Shown: piece after piece, positions 18,930 through 28,395 of the stretch
Position numbering within the stretch: position 1 is the stretch's first letter
Layout of the letters: every line of letters begins with the position of its first letter
IMG/VR virus record: IMGVR_UViG_3300046787_000390
Coordinates: 69,498 to 133,497 of that record
From: a virus
DNA: 64,000 nucleotides
Direction: 5' to 3' (one strand)
The notes under the pieces: generated by a model
Databases searched by the model: none
What the model saw: the letters and a program-made list of their open reading frames with translations, nothing else
What the model was told of the DNA's origin: nothing
Translations under genes and position numbers: made by a program

Positions 18930-19430
18930 ATGCGAATCCTTACATTAGACAACAACAGTTTTGATCTAGATCACTTGCCCGAAGAAGTAGATGATATGCG
19001 CTTTGCTATCCTCGATAATTCTACGCCAGTAGATCCTGATTACCAATATATCCCACTTATCTTTTTAGAAAGTTTTACAGCCCCTGCTCTTGTATTGCAA
19101 ATAGGACAACATCGAATCAAGATGCCCATGGACTGGCAAATATTAATCGGGGAGCCAGACTTGGGCGATCTCGAAATGCTACCACTAACATCAATTAACG
19201 ATCGCGGTTTCAAAGTATTTGAGTTTAACCCACTAACAAGTTTCCGACCTAGTTTCCCGTCAATTGAGATTGTAGACGTGTATCAAGAAGTCACGTGGTA
19301 TGCCCCTAAACTTAAAAACGGGCAGATGCTATGTGTACCGATTACAGAAGGTGCAAAGCCACAATGTGTTTATTTTGTTAAAGACATTAGCCGCAACTGT
19401 GAAATTGTAGACTATAATAAAGCGTGGTAA
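18930..19430 (+). CDS. Hypothetical protein, possible degenerate Hint-fold
   Basis: Beta-rich pattern resembling Hint blocks B and F without the catalytic residues. Confidence 0.5.
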   Translation: MRILTLDNNSFDLDHLPEEVDDMRFAILDNSTPVDPDYQYIPLIFLESFTAPALVLQIGQHRIKMPMDWQILIGEPDLGDLEMLPLTSINDRGFKVFEFNPLTSFRPSFPSIEIVDVYQEVTWYAPKLKNGQMLCVPITEGAKPQCVYFVKDISRNCEIVDYNKAW

Positions 19431-19431
19431 T

Positions 19432-19578
19432 ATGACATATTCCGAACCAGAATTAATCGATTTAATGAAACGCATGGTAGCAATCTACTTAGAAAGCTAT
19501 CCAGCTGACGAAGAAGAACTTCGACGTTTCCAAACTTGGGTACTGCGTCAATGGGGCTACAGAGATGGGCAGTCTTAA
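19432..19578 (+). CDS. Small protein (48 aa)
   Basis: Read by hand; fills a gap in the operon. Confidence 0.55.
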   Translation: MTYSEPELIDLMKRMVAIYLESYPADEEELRRFQTWVLRQWGYRDGQS

Positions 19579-19816
19579 ACCGGGCGCTACTTACATCTAT
19601 GAACGAGCAGGTGCTGTCATCTATGCTCGCGAGTTTGGCGAAACCAAACGCCGTGTAGTTGGATACGAAGGTAACGACGAAACTATTTCTGCATCTAGCA
19701 AACGTCTATTGTCTGAAATGAACGACGTTGTTAAAATGTGTGAAACTGATCCGGCAATGAAAGCCATGTTAGAACAGCTATTTGTAATGTATAATCTAAA
19801 GAAAAATCATGAGTGA
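19565..19816 (+). CDS. Hypothetical protein
   Basis: ORF in the replication operon. Confidence 0.7.
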   Translation: MGSLKPGATYIYERAGAVIYAREFGETKRRVVGYEGNDETISASSKRLLSEMNDVVKMCETDPAMKAMLEQLFVMYNLKKNHE

Positions 19817-20252
19817 TAAACTAAACATTGCTAATGAGATGCGAGTGTTTGATCAGAAGGATCGAACTTTCTATGACAATTTAACAGACGAAGAGCGCAA
19901 GAAGTTTTCTACTTACCTGATGATTCGTTGGGGCAGTTCTGTGCAAGGCAGTAGAGATTTGCAAGAGTTTTATGTTATTGCAACCAATGAGAGACTCAAC
20001 AAACATTTCTTTAACGTGGGCAAGCATCCTAAACTTCAATGGTTGTTGGCAACAACTGTGAGCCCGGACCTGGGTGCGTTTAGACATCAATGGATTGCTC
20101 CTAAGAAAAAAGAACCAGGTGCAGGTAGCTTAAAGAAACAACTAGCAGAATTGTTTCCTGCATACAAAGATGACGAGATTGAAGTGCTGGCTGCAATTAC
20201 TACTAAAAAAGAACTAGACGCTTATATCAAGCAACACGGCAGAGAAAAATGA
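19809..20252 (+). CDS. Clamp-loader small subunit (gp62-like)
   Basis: F..YLMIRW.S, N...N, HPKLQW, WI..KK and L..L.P....DE pattern typical of gp62. Confidence 0.55.
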   Translation: MSDKLNIANEMRVFDQKDRTFYDNLTDEERKKFSTYLMIRWGSSVQGSRDLQEFYVIATNERLNKHFFNVGKHPKLQWLLATTVSPDLGAFRHQWIAPKKKEPGAGSLKKQLAELFPAYKDDEIEVLAAITTKKELDAYIKQHGREK

Positions 20253-20923
20253 CATTCACTTGCAATTTTTGTAAGAAGAGTTTTGCAAAAGAATCCACAC
20301 TTGAGGTTCACATGTGTGAGCCTAAACGTCGTCACTTGAACAAGGATGAACCGGGTGTGCGACTTGGGTTTATGGCATACATCAAGTTCTACGAAATGAT
20401 GCAAGGCTCGGCAAAGTTAAAAACCTATGAGCACTTTGCAGAAAGCAGTTACTATCTTGCGTTTGTAAAGTTTGGTCGTTATTGTGTTGATATTCGAGCA
20501 ATTAACCCAACACAGTTCATGAACTGGTTGCTCAAGAACCAAAAAAAGATTGACAAGTGGACCAGTGATCGATTTTATACAGAATACTTGTTGTGGTACT
20601 TGCCAATTGAAGCAGTGGATGATGCGCTAGCTAGAGCAATGGAATATTCAATTGATTGGGAAGAAAAACAAGGAAACCCAAGTCAGGATTGTGTGCGTTA
20701 CGGTAATCACAATGCTATTTGTTATGCTATCACTTCAGGCAGACTAAGTCCTTGGGTAATTTATAATTCAGAGTCTGGGCAAAAGTTTTTAACTGAGTGC
20801 AATCAAGAACAAATAGCAATGATTTGGGCATACATTAACTCGGATGTATGGCATAAGAAATTTTCAGACTATCCGGCAGACCAGGAGTATGCTAAGGATA
20901 TTTTAAAGAAAGCAGGTTGGTAA
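20249..20923 (+). CDS. Zinc-finger protein (CxxC-x12-HxC)
   Basis: CNFCKKSFAKESTLEVHMC at the N-terminus. Confidence 0.65.
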   Translation: MTFTCNFCKKSFAKESTLEVHMCEPKRRHLNKDEPGVRLGFMAYIKFYEMMQGSAKLKTYEHFAESSYYLAFVKFGRYCVDIRAINPTQFMNWLLKNQKKIDKWTSDRFYTEYLLWYLPIEAVDDALARAMEYSIDWEEKQGNPSQDCVRYGNHNAICYAITSGRLSPWVIYNSESGQKFLTECNQEQIAMIWAYINSDVWHKKFSDYPADQEYAKDILKKAGW

Positions 20924-21264
20924 TGATCAACAATATAATGCCCGGACCGGGAATCAACATTATTGGTAGTGGCACAGGAGCCCCGTGGATTGACATGAAT
21001 CGTCCTAGCGCAGGTCTTATTCGATTCAACAATGGGTTTGAAGTATATAACGGTTCTGACTGGATTAGAATGGCAGGGGCATATCCTACAGTAGAGCTCG
21101 ATCTCGGTGCCCAGGCAGCAATTCGCTGGGCAAATGAAAAGATAGCGGAAGAAGAGCGGCTGAAAGAGTTAGCTGCAAAAAATCCCACAGTAGCAGATGC
21201 AGTGGAAGCAGTTAAACGAGCTAATGAACAACTTAAAATTGTAGCAGCATTGGTGCAAGAATGA
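20923..21264 (+). CDS. Hypothetical protein with C-terminal coiled coil
   Basis: ORF coupled on both sides. Confidence 0.7.
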   Translation: MINNIMPGPGINIIGSGTGAPWIDMNRPSAGLIRFNNGFEVYNGSDWIRMAGAYPTVELDLGAQAAIRWANEKIAEEERLKELAAKNPTVADAVEAVKRANEQLKIVAALVQE

Positions 21265-21839
21265 GCGCAGACATTGACCTAGACTTTGCAGAAAGAGAAC
21301 AAGTGTTGAAGTTGATTCAGCACGTTCCTGCACGACAATCGGTAGACGGCAAAGTTAGACGTCATAATTCAGGTGTGTATGTAACAGACATTCCCTGGGA
21401 CCCAGTTAACGAATGTGCTGCTATTGATTACAAGGATGCAGAGGATCGTGGATACTTTAAGATTGACTTTTTGAACATGCATGTTTACAAGTTGGTACAA
21501 AGCCCGGCGCACTATGAACAAATGCTTGCTACTACTCCGCCTTGGCAACGTTTGTGGAATGATCCCGAGTGGGCAAGCCAACTAGTTCACGTTGGTAACT
21601 ATACAGCATTGCTCAAAGAAATGAAGCCAGATTCTATTCAGCGTATGGCTGCGTTTATTAGTATAATCCGCCCGGGCAAAGCACATTTGCAGCACAAGGA
21701 CTGGAAGACGGTGTTTGATTCAGTGTGGGACGGCGACGATAACAGAGGCTATACATTCAAGAAAGCACATGCTATCAGTTATGCAGCATTAGTGGCACTG
21801 CATATGAACTTGGTTAATCAAGTTTCCTTACCAGCGTAA
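21261..21839 (+). CDS. Miniature DNA polymerase III alpha (DnaE) catalytic fragment
   Basis: ADIDLDF, RHNSGVY, KIDFL, IRPG and GYTFKKAHAISYA match DnaE PDxDxDF, HAAGVV, KFDFL, RPGP and YGFNKSH..AYA. Confidence 0.8.
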   Translation: MSADIDLDFAEREQVLKLIQHVPARQSVDGKVRRHNSGVYVTDIPWDPVNECAAIDYKDAEDRGYFKIDFLNMHVYKLVQSPAHYEQMLATTPPWQRLWNDPEWASQLVHVGNYTALLKEMKPDSIQRMAAFISIIRPGKAHLQHKDWKTVFDSVWDGDDNRGYTFKKAHAISYAALVALHMNLVNQVSLPA

Positions 21840-22191
21840 TACTCTTACGTTTGGACTTTTTGCGGGCCATTTCGTTGAGACTGCACACAGGTCCGTGTAG
21901 TATTTCTAGGTCCTTGTTTGCAAAGGTGCGCAAATAAGGGCGGAACGGTTCCCAATCTTCCTTGAGAAATATGTTGATAGGGATGCTACGGTTAGATTCC
22001 CACCACCAAACATTGGCAAATTCTAGGAATTGTCGTTTTAATTCTGGGTGCGTTATACTACCAAAATCGTAGATGGTGGTGATTGCATCGTCACGATTTT
22101 GTACGATTCCTAAATATTCATTACTGGCGTAAACACACAAGGTGATAAACGGGTATTTTTCTGCTAATTTATTAAAGATATCACTTCCCAT
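21814..22191 (-). CDS. Hypothetical protein
   Basis: Clean ORF with a minus-strand TAAATA at 22211-22216. Confidence 0.7.
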   Translation of the reverse strand: MGSDIFNKLAEKYPFITLCVYASNEYLGIVQNRDDAITTIYDFGSITHPELKRQFLEFANVWWWESNRSIPINIFLKEDWEPFRPYLRTFANKDLEILHGPVCSLNEMARKKSKRKSITLVRKLD

Positions 22192-22246
22192 GTATTTGTA
22201 GTCTCTAGGTTATTTATATAAAGTATTTTTTGGTAAATATTAGATT

Positions 22247-23359
22247 ATGTATAGCACCACTGCCTATCTCTATCAGCAAAAAACCCAAGTACTCTTGATC
22301 GACACCAGTGGTGGATATTTCACAATGAGGTATAACCCTGTGTACGCAAAAAAACTAACAATTAACAAAGGTGTTGACAACGTTATTCTATTTGAGTTTA
22401 TTAACCAAGATGAAAAGCCCGTTAACATTACTGGAAGCACATTTACGTTCCGTTTAATTGACCAAGAAGGTCAAGCACTAATGAACGAAACTGAAATGAC
22501 GATACTTAATGCACAATATGGACGTGCAAAAGTTACATTGCCTGCGGGTGTATTAGATGCGATCCGCGCACAACCGGGGTCTTACTCTATTACACGTTAC
22601 TCGGGTAATTTAACTGAAGCAGTGTTTGTAGATGCACAAGCAGGTGCCAGGGCAGATGTTGATATCACAGATAGTGTTTATCCAGAATTTTTACCTAGCG
22701 CAGCAGTTACACTTCCAACAACAAACTTGTCTGCACAAGCAGGGTCAGCAGGCGGCGGAGCTCCGGCAACATATCCAGACTGGGCACTAACACCCGGTGC
22801 TCCTATTAACACATACAGCGGGATAATGAACACAGAATTTTATAGTTCGTTTATCGAGCCCACTGGATCAGTGACTAGTATTCAAATGGACTTGACTGGA
22901 TATACTGGTTCTATCAAAGTGCAAGCTGCTGAAAACTATCAAAGCATGTGGTATAATGTTAGTGAAAGCGAACAGTACCTAAACAAAACTGGCACAGTGC
23001 ATCATCATGTGATTGGATATTACCCAATACTTAGATTATGTTTTAACAATTCTGTGTTTACAACAGGACTCAATGGTTCATTTGGACAAGCAGCACAGGC
23101 CACAGCACTGGTTACAAACGGTGTGGTAACTGGCATCAATGTAACTTACCCAGGCCTAGGATACCTTGCACCACCGTTGGTTGAGATCTTTGGCGATGGT
23201 GCAGGCGCAACTGCTACAGCAACTATTGGCGCACAAGGTACAATTAATACTATTACTGTTACAAACGGTGGATCAGGATACCGTCCGATTCCCCCAACTA
23301 ATACACAAGCAACCGTCATGATTTCTACGGGCAAGGTAGAAAATATACTATATAGGTAA
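22247..23359 (+). CDS. Virion structural protein (baseplate/fibre-associated)
   Basis: Late TAAATA; C-terminal I.VT..G.GY repeats typical of T4-like baseplate proteins. Confidence 0.6.
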   Translation: MYSTTAYLYQQKTQVLLIDTSGGYFTMRYNPVYAKKLTINKGVDNVILFEFINQDEKPVNITGSTFTFRLIDQEGQALMNETEMTILNAQYGRAKVTLPAGVLDAIRAQPGSYSITRYSGNLTEAVFVDAQAGARADVDITDSVYPEFLPSAAVTLPTTNLSAQAGSAGGGAPATYPDWALTPGAPINTYSGIMNTEFYSSFIEPTGSVTSIQMDLTGYTGSIKVQAAENYQSMWYNVSESEQYLNKTGTVHHHVIGYYPILRLCFNNSVFTTGLNGSFGQAAQATALVTNGVVTGINVTYPGLGYLAPPLVEIFGDGAGATATATIGAQGTINTITVTNGGSGYRPIPPTNTQATVMISTGKVENILYR

Positions 23360-24090
23360 TGCAGTTTAAAAAAATAGTGGGGTTCGGTGATTCGTGGATG
23401 TTCGGCGATGAACTTATGGACCCGGCATATTTGGCCAAGGCGCCAAACGGACATTACAGCGATGAACAGAATTCTTCTTACAGACTAAAACATTGTTTTT
23501 TAGGACTACTGGGAGAACATTACAATGCACCAATTGAAAATTTTGGCATACCAGGTGGCAGCTTAACTAGCACTCAATGGACATTCCAGTGGTGGCTAGA
23601 TCATGAAACTTTGCCACTAGACGAATGTTTAGTGTTAGTTGCACTAACCAATTCAGATAGAATTACTCATTACAATCCCAATCATACGCACTATTCGAAC
23701 GATCCTTTGTGGAATAAATTCGTGCATAGTACATGGGTAAACTTTGGTAGCTCTGTTGTACCAGATGATTTTGCTACTATGATGAAATATCAGATGACAT
23801 TAACAGATTGTCCAGCCTTGAGTAAATTAAACTATCAACATGCAGTCTTGTTCTTTGATGGTATAGCTGCTCGGAACAGTCTTAACTTACTACAGTTCAA
23901 TATCATGCCAGCTGAACGTCCTGTGCCGAATGCGCCAACATTGGCCGAACCAGGGTTTAGTTGGACTATGTTCTTTAGGGACCACCCAGGAAATCGAAAC
24001 CGTGAATTAATTTGTGCCGATGGACATCCTAATGAAATAGGACATACTATTATCCGAGATCACTTGATTTCTCTCATTGAATCATGTTAA
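23359..24090 (+). CDS. SGNH/GDSL hydrolase-like protein
   Basis: GFGDSW block I, NFGIPGGS block II, DGHPNEIGH block V. Confidence 0.75.
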   Translation: MQFKKIVGFGDSWMFGDELMDPAYLAKAPNGHYSDEQNSSYRLKHCFLGLLGEHYNAPIENFGIPGGSLTSTQWTFQWWLDHETLPLDECLVLVALTNSDRITHYNPNHTHYSNDPLWNKFVHSTWVNFGSSVVPDDFATMMKYQMTLTDCPALSKLNYQHAVLFFDGIAARNSLNLLQFNIMPAERPVPNAPTLAEPGFSWTMFFRDHPGNRNRELICADGHPNEIGHTIIRDHLISLIESC

Positions 24091-24099
24091 ACTAGCACG

Positions 24100-25071
24100 A
24101 TGCTAGATATCCTTAGTTACTTACCCAACAAGCGCAAACAAACGCCATCTGGCTGGATAAGTTTTAATGCACCTTGTTGTGCTGACAAACGCGGCAGAGG
24201 TGGCTTAAAAGTAAACGAACAAGGATGGAGCTATCATTGTTTTAACTGCAACAAAACTGCTGGGTTTGTATTAGGCAAACCGCTTGGGTACAAAGCAAAA
24301 AGTTTACTAACATTACTTGGCGTATCCGAATCAGAAATCAATGCAGTAAACTTAGAAAGTCTACGACACCGTAGTATACATGGTATACTTGATGATCGTG
24401 CTAAAATTGCTAATGCACTATCAGATATTACATTTGAAGAATTTGATGACTTTCCTCCAGCAAGCGAACTAGTAACTGAAGAGCATCCGTTTTATTGGAA
24501 ATATCTACGTGATCGACATGTGCCCGAAGACTTTCCGGCAATGACTACTATACGCACAGACGGCATCCATTGGGTTAGGCCTCATGTGACAATTCCGTTT
24601 ACTTACGATGGGAAGATAGTAGGTTGGACTGCTAGGTTCTTGGATGACAAACAACCTAGGTATATCAATCACATGCAACCCGGTTACGTGTTTGGTACAG
24701 AGTTCCAGCACACAGATTGGCAGTATGCTATTGTGGTAGAAGGTATTTTTGATGCATTGTGCATTGATGGTCTTGCTGTAATGCACAACACTGTAAATGA
24801 TACACAGGCTAGACTGATACGAAACTTGGGAAAAGAAGTTATTGTTGTGCCTGACCAAGACGCTGCTGGACTAGAGTTAATTGATCGTGCTGTAGAACTT
24901 GGGTGGGCAGTGAGTATTCCTAACTGGCCAGATCATATCAAGGATGTGAATGATGCAGTAAAGGAATATGGAAAACTAGCCACCTTGATAACTATACTGC
25001 AATCAAAAGAAACAAGCAAAATTAAAATCGAATTAAGGAAGAAACATCTTGTTAAAAGAATACAACGTTGA
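24100..25071 (+). CDS. DNA primase (gp61-like)
   Basis: Zn-binding PCC...HCFNC; TOPRIM VEGIFDA and PDQD..G; KDVND. Confidence 0.88.
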   Translation: MLDILSYLPNKRKQTPSGWISFNAPCCADKRGRGGLKVNEQGWSYHCFNCNKTAGFVLGKPLGYKAKSLLTLLGVSESEINAVNLESLRHRSIHGILDDRAKIANALSDITFEEFDDFPPASELVTEEHPFYWKYLRDRHVPEDFPAMTTIRTDGIHWVRPHVTIPFTYDGKIVGWTARFLDDKQPRYINHMQPGYVFGTEFQHTDWQYAIVVEGIFDALCIDGLAVMHNTVNDTQARLIRNLGKEVIVVPDQDAAGLELIDRAVELGWAVSIPNWPDHIKDVNDAVKEYGKLATLITILQSKETSKIKIELRKKHLVKRIQR

Positions 25072-26506
25072 AGTTCAAAAACTGTTTTTAGAAATGATGC
25101 TTGAGGATGCGCAAAGTTATGTGCGTGTTCAGAACATCTACAATCCGGAAAACTTTGACAAGAGTCTAAGAAAGGCAGCTGAGTTTATCAAAGAACACTC
25201 TGCCAAATATAATACACTCCCAGACAAAACACAAATTTCGGCAGCGTGTGGTGTAACATTATCTCATGTGCCAGAATTAACCGAAGGACACTTCGAATGG
25301 TTCATGACTGAGTTTGAATCGTTTACTAAACGTCAAGAACTAGAACGTGCAATTTTAAAATCAGCAGACTTGTTAGAAAAAGGCGAGTTTGAACCAGTAG
25401 AAAAATTAATCAAAGATGCAGTACAGATATCACTTACTAAAGACATGGGCACGGACTACTTTGCTGATCCTAAGGCTCGCATTGAAAAATACTTTAACTC
25501 GGGCGGCCAAGTAAGCACAGGTTGGCCACAACTGGATAGATTGTTGTACGGAGGCTTCAGTCGTGGTGAACTAAACATCTTTGCAGGTGGCTCAGGATCT
25601 GGTAAGTCACTGGTTATGATGAACATTGCGCTGAACTGGTTACAGCAAGGCCTAAGCGGTGTTTACATTACACTAGAACTTTCCGAAGAACTTACATCTC
25701 TAAGAACTGATGCTATGTTAACAAACATGAGCACCAAGGACATTAGACGTGACATGGATACTACTGAACTCAAGGTCAAGATGGTTGGCAAGAAGTCTGG
25801 ACAGTATCGTGTTAAAGGATTACCGGCACAATCAAACGTTAACGACATTCGTGCTTACTTGAAAGAAGTTCAAATCCAAACAGGCATCAAAGTCGACTTT
25901 GTGATGGTTGACTACTTAGACTTGGTCATGCCAGTGAGTGCTAAAGTTAGCCCCAACGACTTGTTTGTCAAGGACAAGTATGTGTCGGAAGAATTGCGTA
26001 ACTTAGCTAAAGAGCTTGGCGTGTTGCTTGTAACAGCATCGCAGTTGAACAGAAGTGCTGTTGAAGAAATCGAGTTTGACCATAGTCATATCTCGGGTGG
26101 TATTTCGAAGATTAACACTGCTGACAACGTGTTTGGTATCTTTACATCACGTGCTATGAAAGAGCGCGGCAAGTATCAAATCCAATGTATGAAGTCACGT
26201 AGCTCAACAGGTGTTGGACAAAAGATTGATCTTGAATACAACATGGATACTATGCGTATTACAGATGCAGGTGGCGACGAAGGCGAAAACAGTTTTAGTA
26301 AAAAGCCCACAAGCTCGTTTATGGATCAGATCAAGGCAAAGTCTAATGTTGGTAATGCGTCAGCTGATGAGTCGACTGCTCCTAAATTTGAACGTGCTAC
26401 AGGCACACCTGCTTGGGAAAAAGGTCCGCAAGATTCGGGCAAAGTAACTGCTGATGTGCAAAGTGCAAAGTTGAAACAACTACTAGGACAGATTAAACAA
26501 TCATAA
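25049..26506 (+). CDS. gp41: Replicative DnaB-like helicase (gp41)
   Basis: GGSGSGKS, TLELSE, VDYLD, TASQLNR, KSRSS. Confidence 0.92.
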   Translation: MLKEYNVEVQKLFLEMMLEDAQSYVRVQNIYNPENFDKSLRKAAEFIKEHSAKYNTLPDKTQISAACGVTLSHVPELTEGHFEWFMTEFESFTKRQELERAILKSADLLEKGEFEPVEKLIKDAVQISLTKDMGTDYFADPKARIEKYFNSGGQVSTGWPQLDRLLYGGFSRGELNIFAGGSGSGKSLVMMNIALNWLQQGLSGVYITLELSEELTSLRTDAMLTNMSTKDIRRDMDTTELKVKMVGKKSGQYRVKGLPAQSNVNDIRAYLKEVQIQTGIKVDFVMVDYLDLVMPVSAKVSPNDLFVKDKYVSEELRNLAKELGVLLVTASQLNRSAVEEIEFDHSHISGGISKINTADNVFGIFTSRAMKERGKYQIQCMKSRSSTGVGQKIDLEYNMDTMRITDAGGDEGENSFSKKPTSSFMDQIKAKSNVGNASADESTAPKFERATGTPAWEKGPQDSGKVTADVQSAKLKQLLGQIKQS

Positions 26507-27259
26507 CTGATATTGAGTCTGGATATCTAATAGAAACTGTTTGTCTATAGGTTTGTCAATCAAGTTGATGCTCCAGAGACGCTGGGATTCAGACAGATAG
26601 TTGTTAGTTTCGTATTTAAAAATGCAATAAGACGCAAACCACGGAGACTCTAGGAATGCCGAATCAGGAAGTGCTGCTACAATATCATTCATTGTGTGTT
26701 GGCTTCCGGATATATCATATTGTAACTGAAGTTCCTTGTAAGTAGTTACGATGCGCTCCATGTTCTTAGACACTGGCCGGTTATAATAGCGTTTGAATAT
26801 TTCTTCAATGTAATCAAGCTCTAGCATACGATCGAACTCAATAACATTGCTAATTGTATTGTTGGCTAAATCTTGCTTGTATAAGTGATAGTATTCTTTT
26901 ATGTTGTAAAATGTTATGTCGTACCAAGTCACTAAATCAGAATGCCAATTTTTAAATTTATCAGTTAGGCTAGGGTTTTCAACTAAAAACTTTTTGTAAA
27001 AGTTATTGTAAGTTGCCTGGTATATTTTGTCGCTAACTTGTATTGTTAAGATTAGATCGTTGGGTGTTATAATTTTTTTGTAGTTGGACGGGTGTTTGTG
27101 AATACAGATACAGTTGTCGCTATTAAAGGTTGCAGGAGGCTCGCTAATACTTGGATTCCATCTATCTACCCTGAACTTGATTTCGTCTGTACAATCAGTT
27201 ACCAACGATTTTAAATAATTGCCACTTAACCCTTCTCGGAAAAAAATCAAAGTTTTCAT
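26501..27259 (-). CDS. Hypothetical protein (possible sulfotransferase/P-loop-like N-terminus)
   Basis: Starts IFFREGLSGNYL; AT-rich island. Confidence 0.5.
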   Translation of the reverse strand: MKTLIFFREGLSGNYLKSLVTDCTDEIKFRVDRWNPSISEPPATFNSDNCICIHKHPSNYKKIITPNDLILTIQVSDKIYQATYNNFYKKFLVENPSLTDKFKNWHSDLVTWYDITFYNIKEYYHLYKQDLANNTISNVIEFDRMLELDYIEEIFKRYYNRPVSKNMERIVTTYKELQLQYDISGSQHTMNDIVAALPDSAFLESPWFASYCIFKYETNNYLSESQRLWSINLIDKPIDKQFLLDIQTQYQL

Positions 27260-27819
27260 ACAGACTCAATAGAAAAAAGTAAATTGAAATTTTGTTGATT
27301 GATAATACGAAGCTGCTTGTTCTGCAATGAGTTGGATACAATGTTCACAAGATCAAATTTGAGATAGTTGAATTTAACTTTGGTAGGATCTAATCCTACT
27401 ATCACTTTTGAATGACTGTTGGACCAAATCTTGCAAAACGTTAAAAACTCATCTAACTCACTGTATTTAAAATAAGTGCTATAATACGCTAACACAGTCA
27501 GATCAGGAAGATATGTAGGATGCCATGTTAGATAATCATATTCAAAGTGTATATCGTTCCAATACTTAGAACTTTGCGGCATAAGCTCAATTGCTGTGCA
27601 ATGTCTTTGTTGATCAGCAAAAAACCAACCGGCGCAATCGATTGCTATAAAATCTGAAGTTAACTCGTTATTGATTAATTCTACATCAGGTGGCACAGTA
27701 ATCTGTCGACCCCTTCTCTTTTTTGCCCACAAAGACAACAAAGGTCTTCCTTGTAGATATAGTCGAGTGGATTGTAGGTTGCTTACCGTAAGTTGGTCGT
27801 AGTGTTTAATTATTTTCAT
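27256..27819 (-). CDS. Hypothetical protein (possible degenerate methyltransferase)
   Basis: IAIDCAGW...AIEL; start at MKIIK overlapping the upstream stop. Confidence 0.5.
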   Translation of the reverse strand: MKIIKHYDQLTVSNLQSTRLYLQGRPLLSLWAKKRRGRQITVPPDVELINNELTSDFIAIDCAGWFFADQQRHCTAIELMPQSSKYWNDIHFEYDYLTWHPTYLPDLTVLAYYSTYFKYSELDEFLTFCKIWSNSHSKVIVGLDPTKVKFNYLKFDLVNIVSNSLQNKQLRIINQQNFNLLFSIESV

Positions 27820-28276
27820 ATACAAAAACATCCAGCCCATGCACTCCGACAAAATGTTTCCCATCAACAACGCCAGGTTCGTATAAACGTCGAAACTTTG
27901 GATTGCATTTAGATGCAATTAACTCAATGGAGTCATCTATACTATCAGGAAAGCAAATATCAGTATTATTAGTAACTAAAAATTCGTAACGATTAACCGC
28001 CATATAAGCAACGCGAATGTCGTTGCGGACAATTGCACTAATCATTTTAATAAAGCTGTTGACTGAAATTTTTGTAGGGCTGTTTATTATTACCACACCG
28101 TTACCGGTTGTGTCGATGTTAATCTTGGTTTTGCAAACATCAAAAAAATGTCCACGTGGTCCGTACCATTGCCAAGTGATATCTGGATGTTTTTTTAAAA
28201 AGTCTAGACATTGAATTTCCTGGTATAACAAATTGTCATGTAGTTGTTTGTTACGCCACTGATGGTTAATATTCAT
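27806..28276 (-). CDS. Hypothetical protein
   Basis: First gene of the minus-strand trio. Confidence 0.6.
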   Translation of the reverse strand: MNINHQWRNKQLHDNLLYQEIQCLDFLKKHPDITWQWYGPRGHFFDVCKTKINIDTTGNGVVIINSPTKISVNSFIKMISAIVRNDIRVAYMAVNRYEFLVTNNTDICFPDSIDDSIELIASKCNPKFRRLYEPGVVDGKHFVGVHGLDVFVYENN

Positions 28277-28307
28277 TGAACTGTTTTCATACTTTTATTA
28301 GGTAAAA

Positions 28308-28322
28308 TATTTATTATAAATA
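28308..28322. promoter_or_regulatory. Back-to-back late promoters TATTTA / TATAAATA
   Basis: Quasi-palindrome between divergent genes. Confidence 0.5.
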
Positions 28323-28395
28323 AAAAACGCAGTTAAATTGTACTTAACCTGCCCGTCACACAGCTTCTAATAGCAATCTAACTAACACTTCACTT

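Noticed and set aside
28277-28395. tRNA or other ncRNA in the larger intergenic gaps (also 715-834 and 62522-62683)
   Set aside because: No cloverleaf or T-loop GTTCRA signature found by eye; only short hairpins
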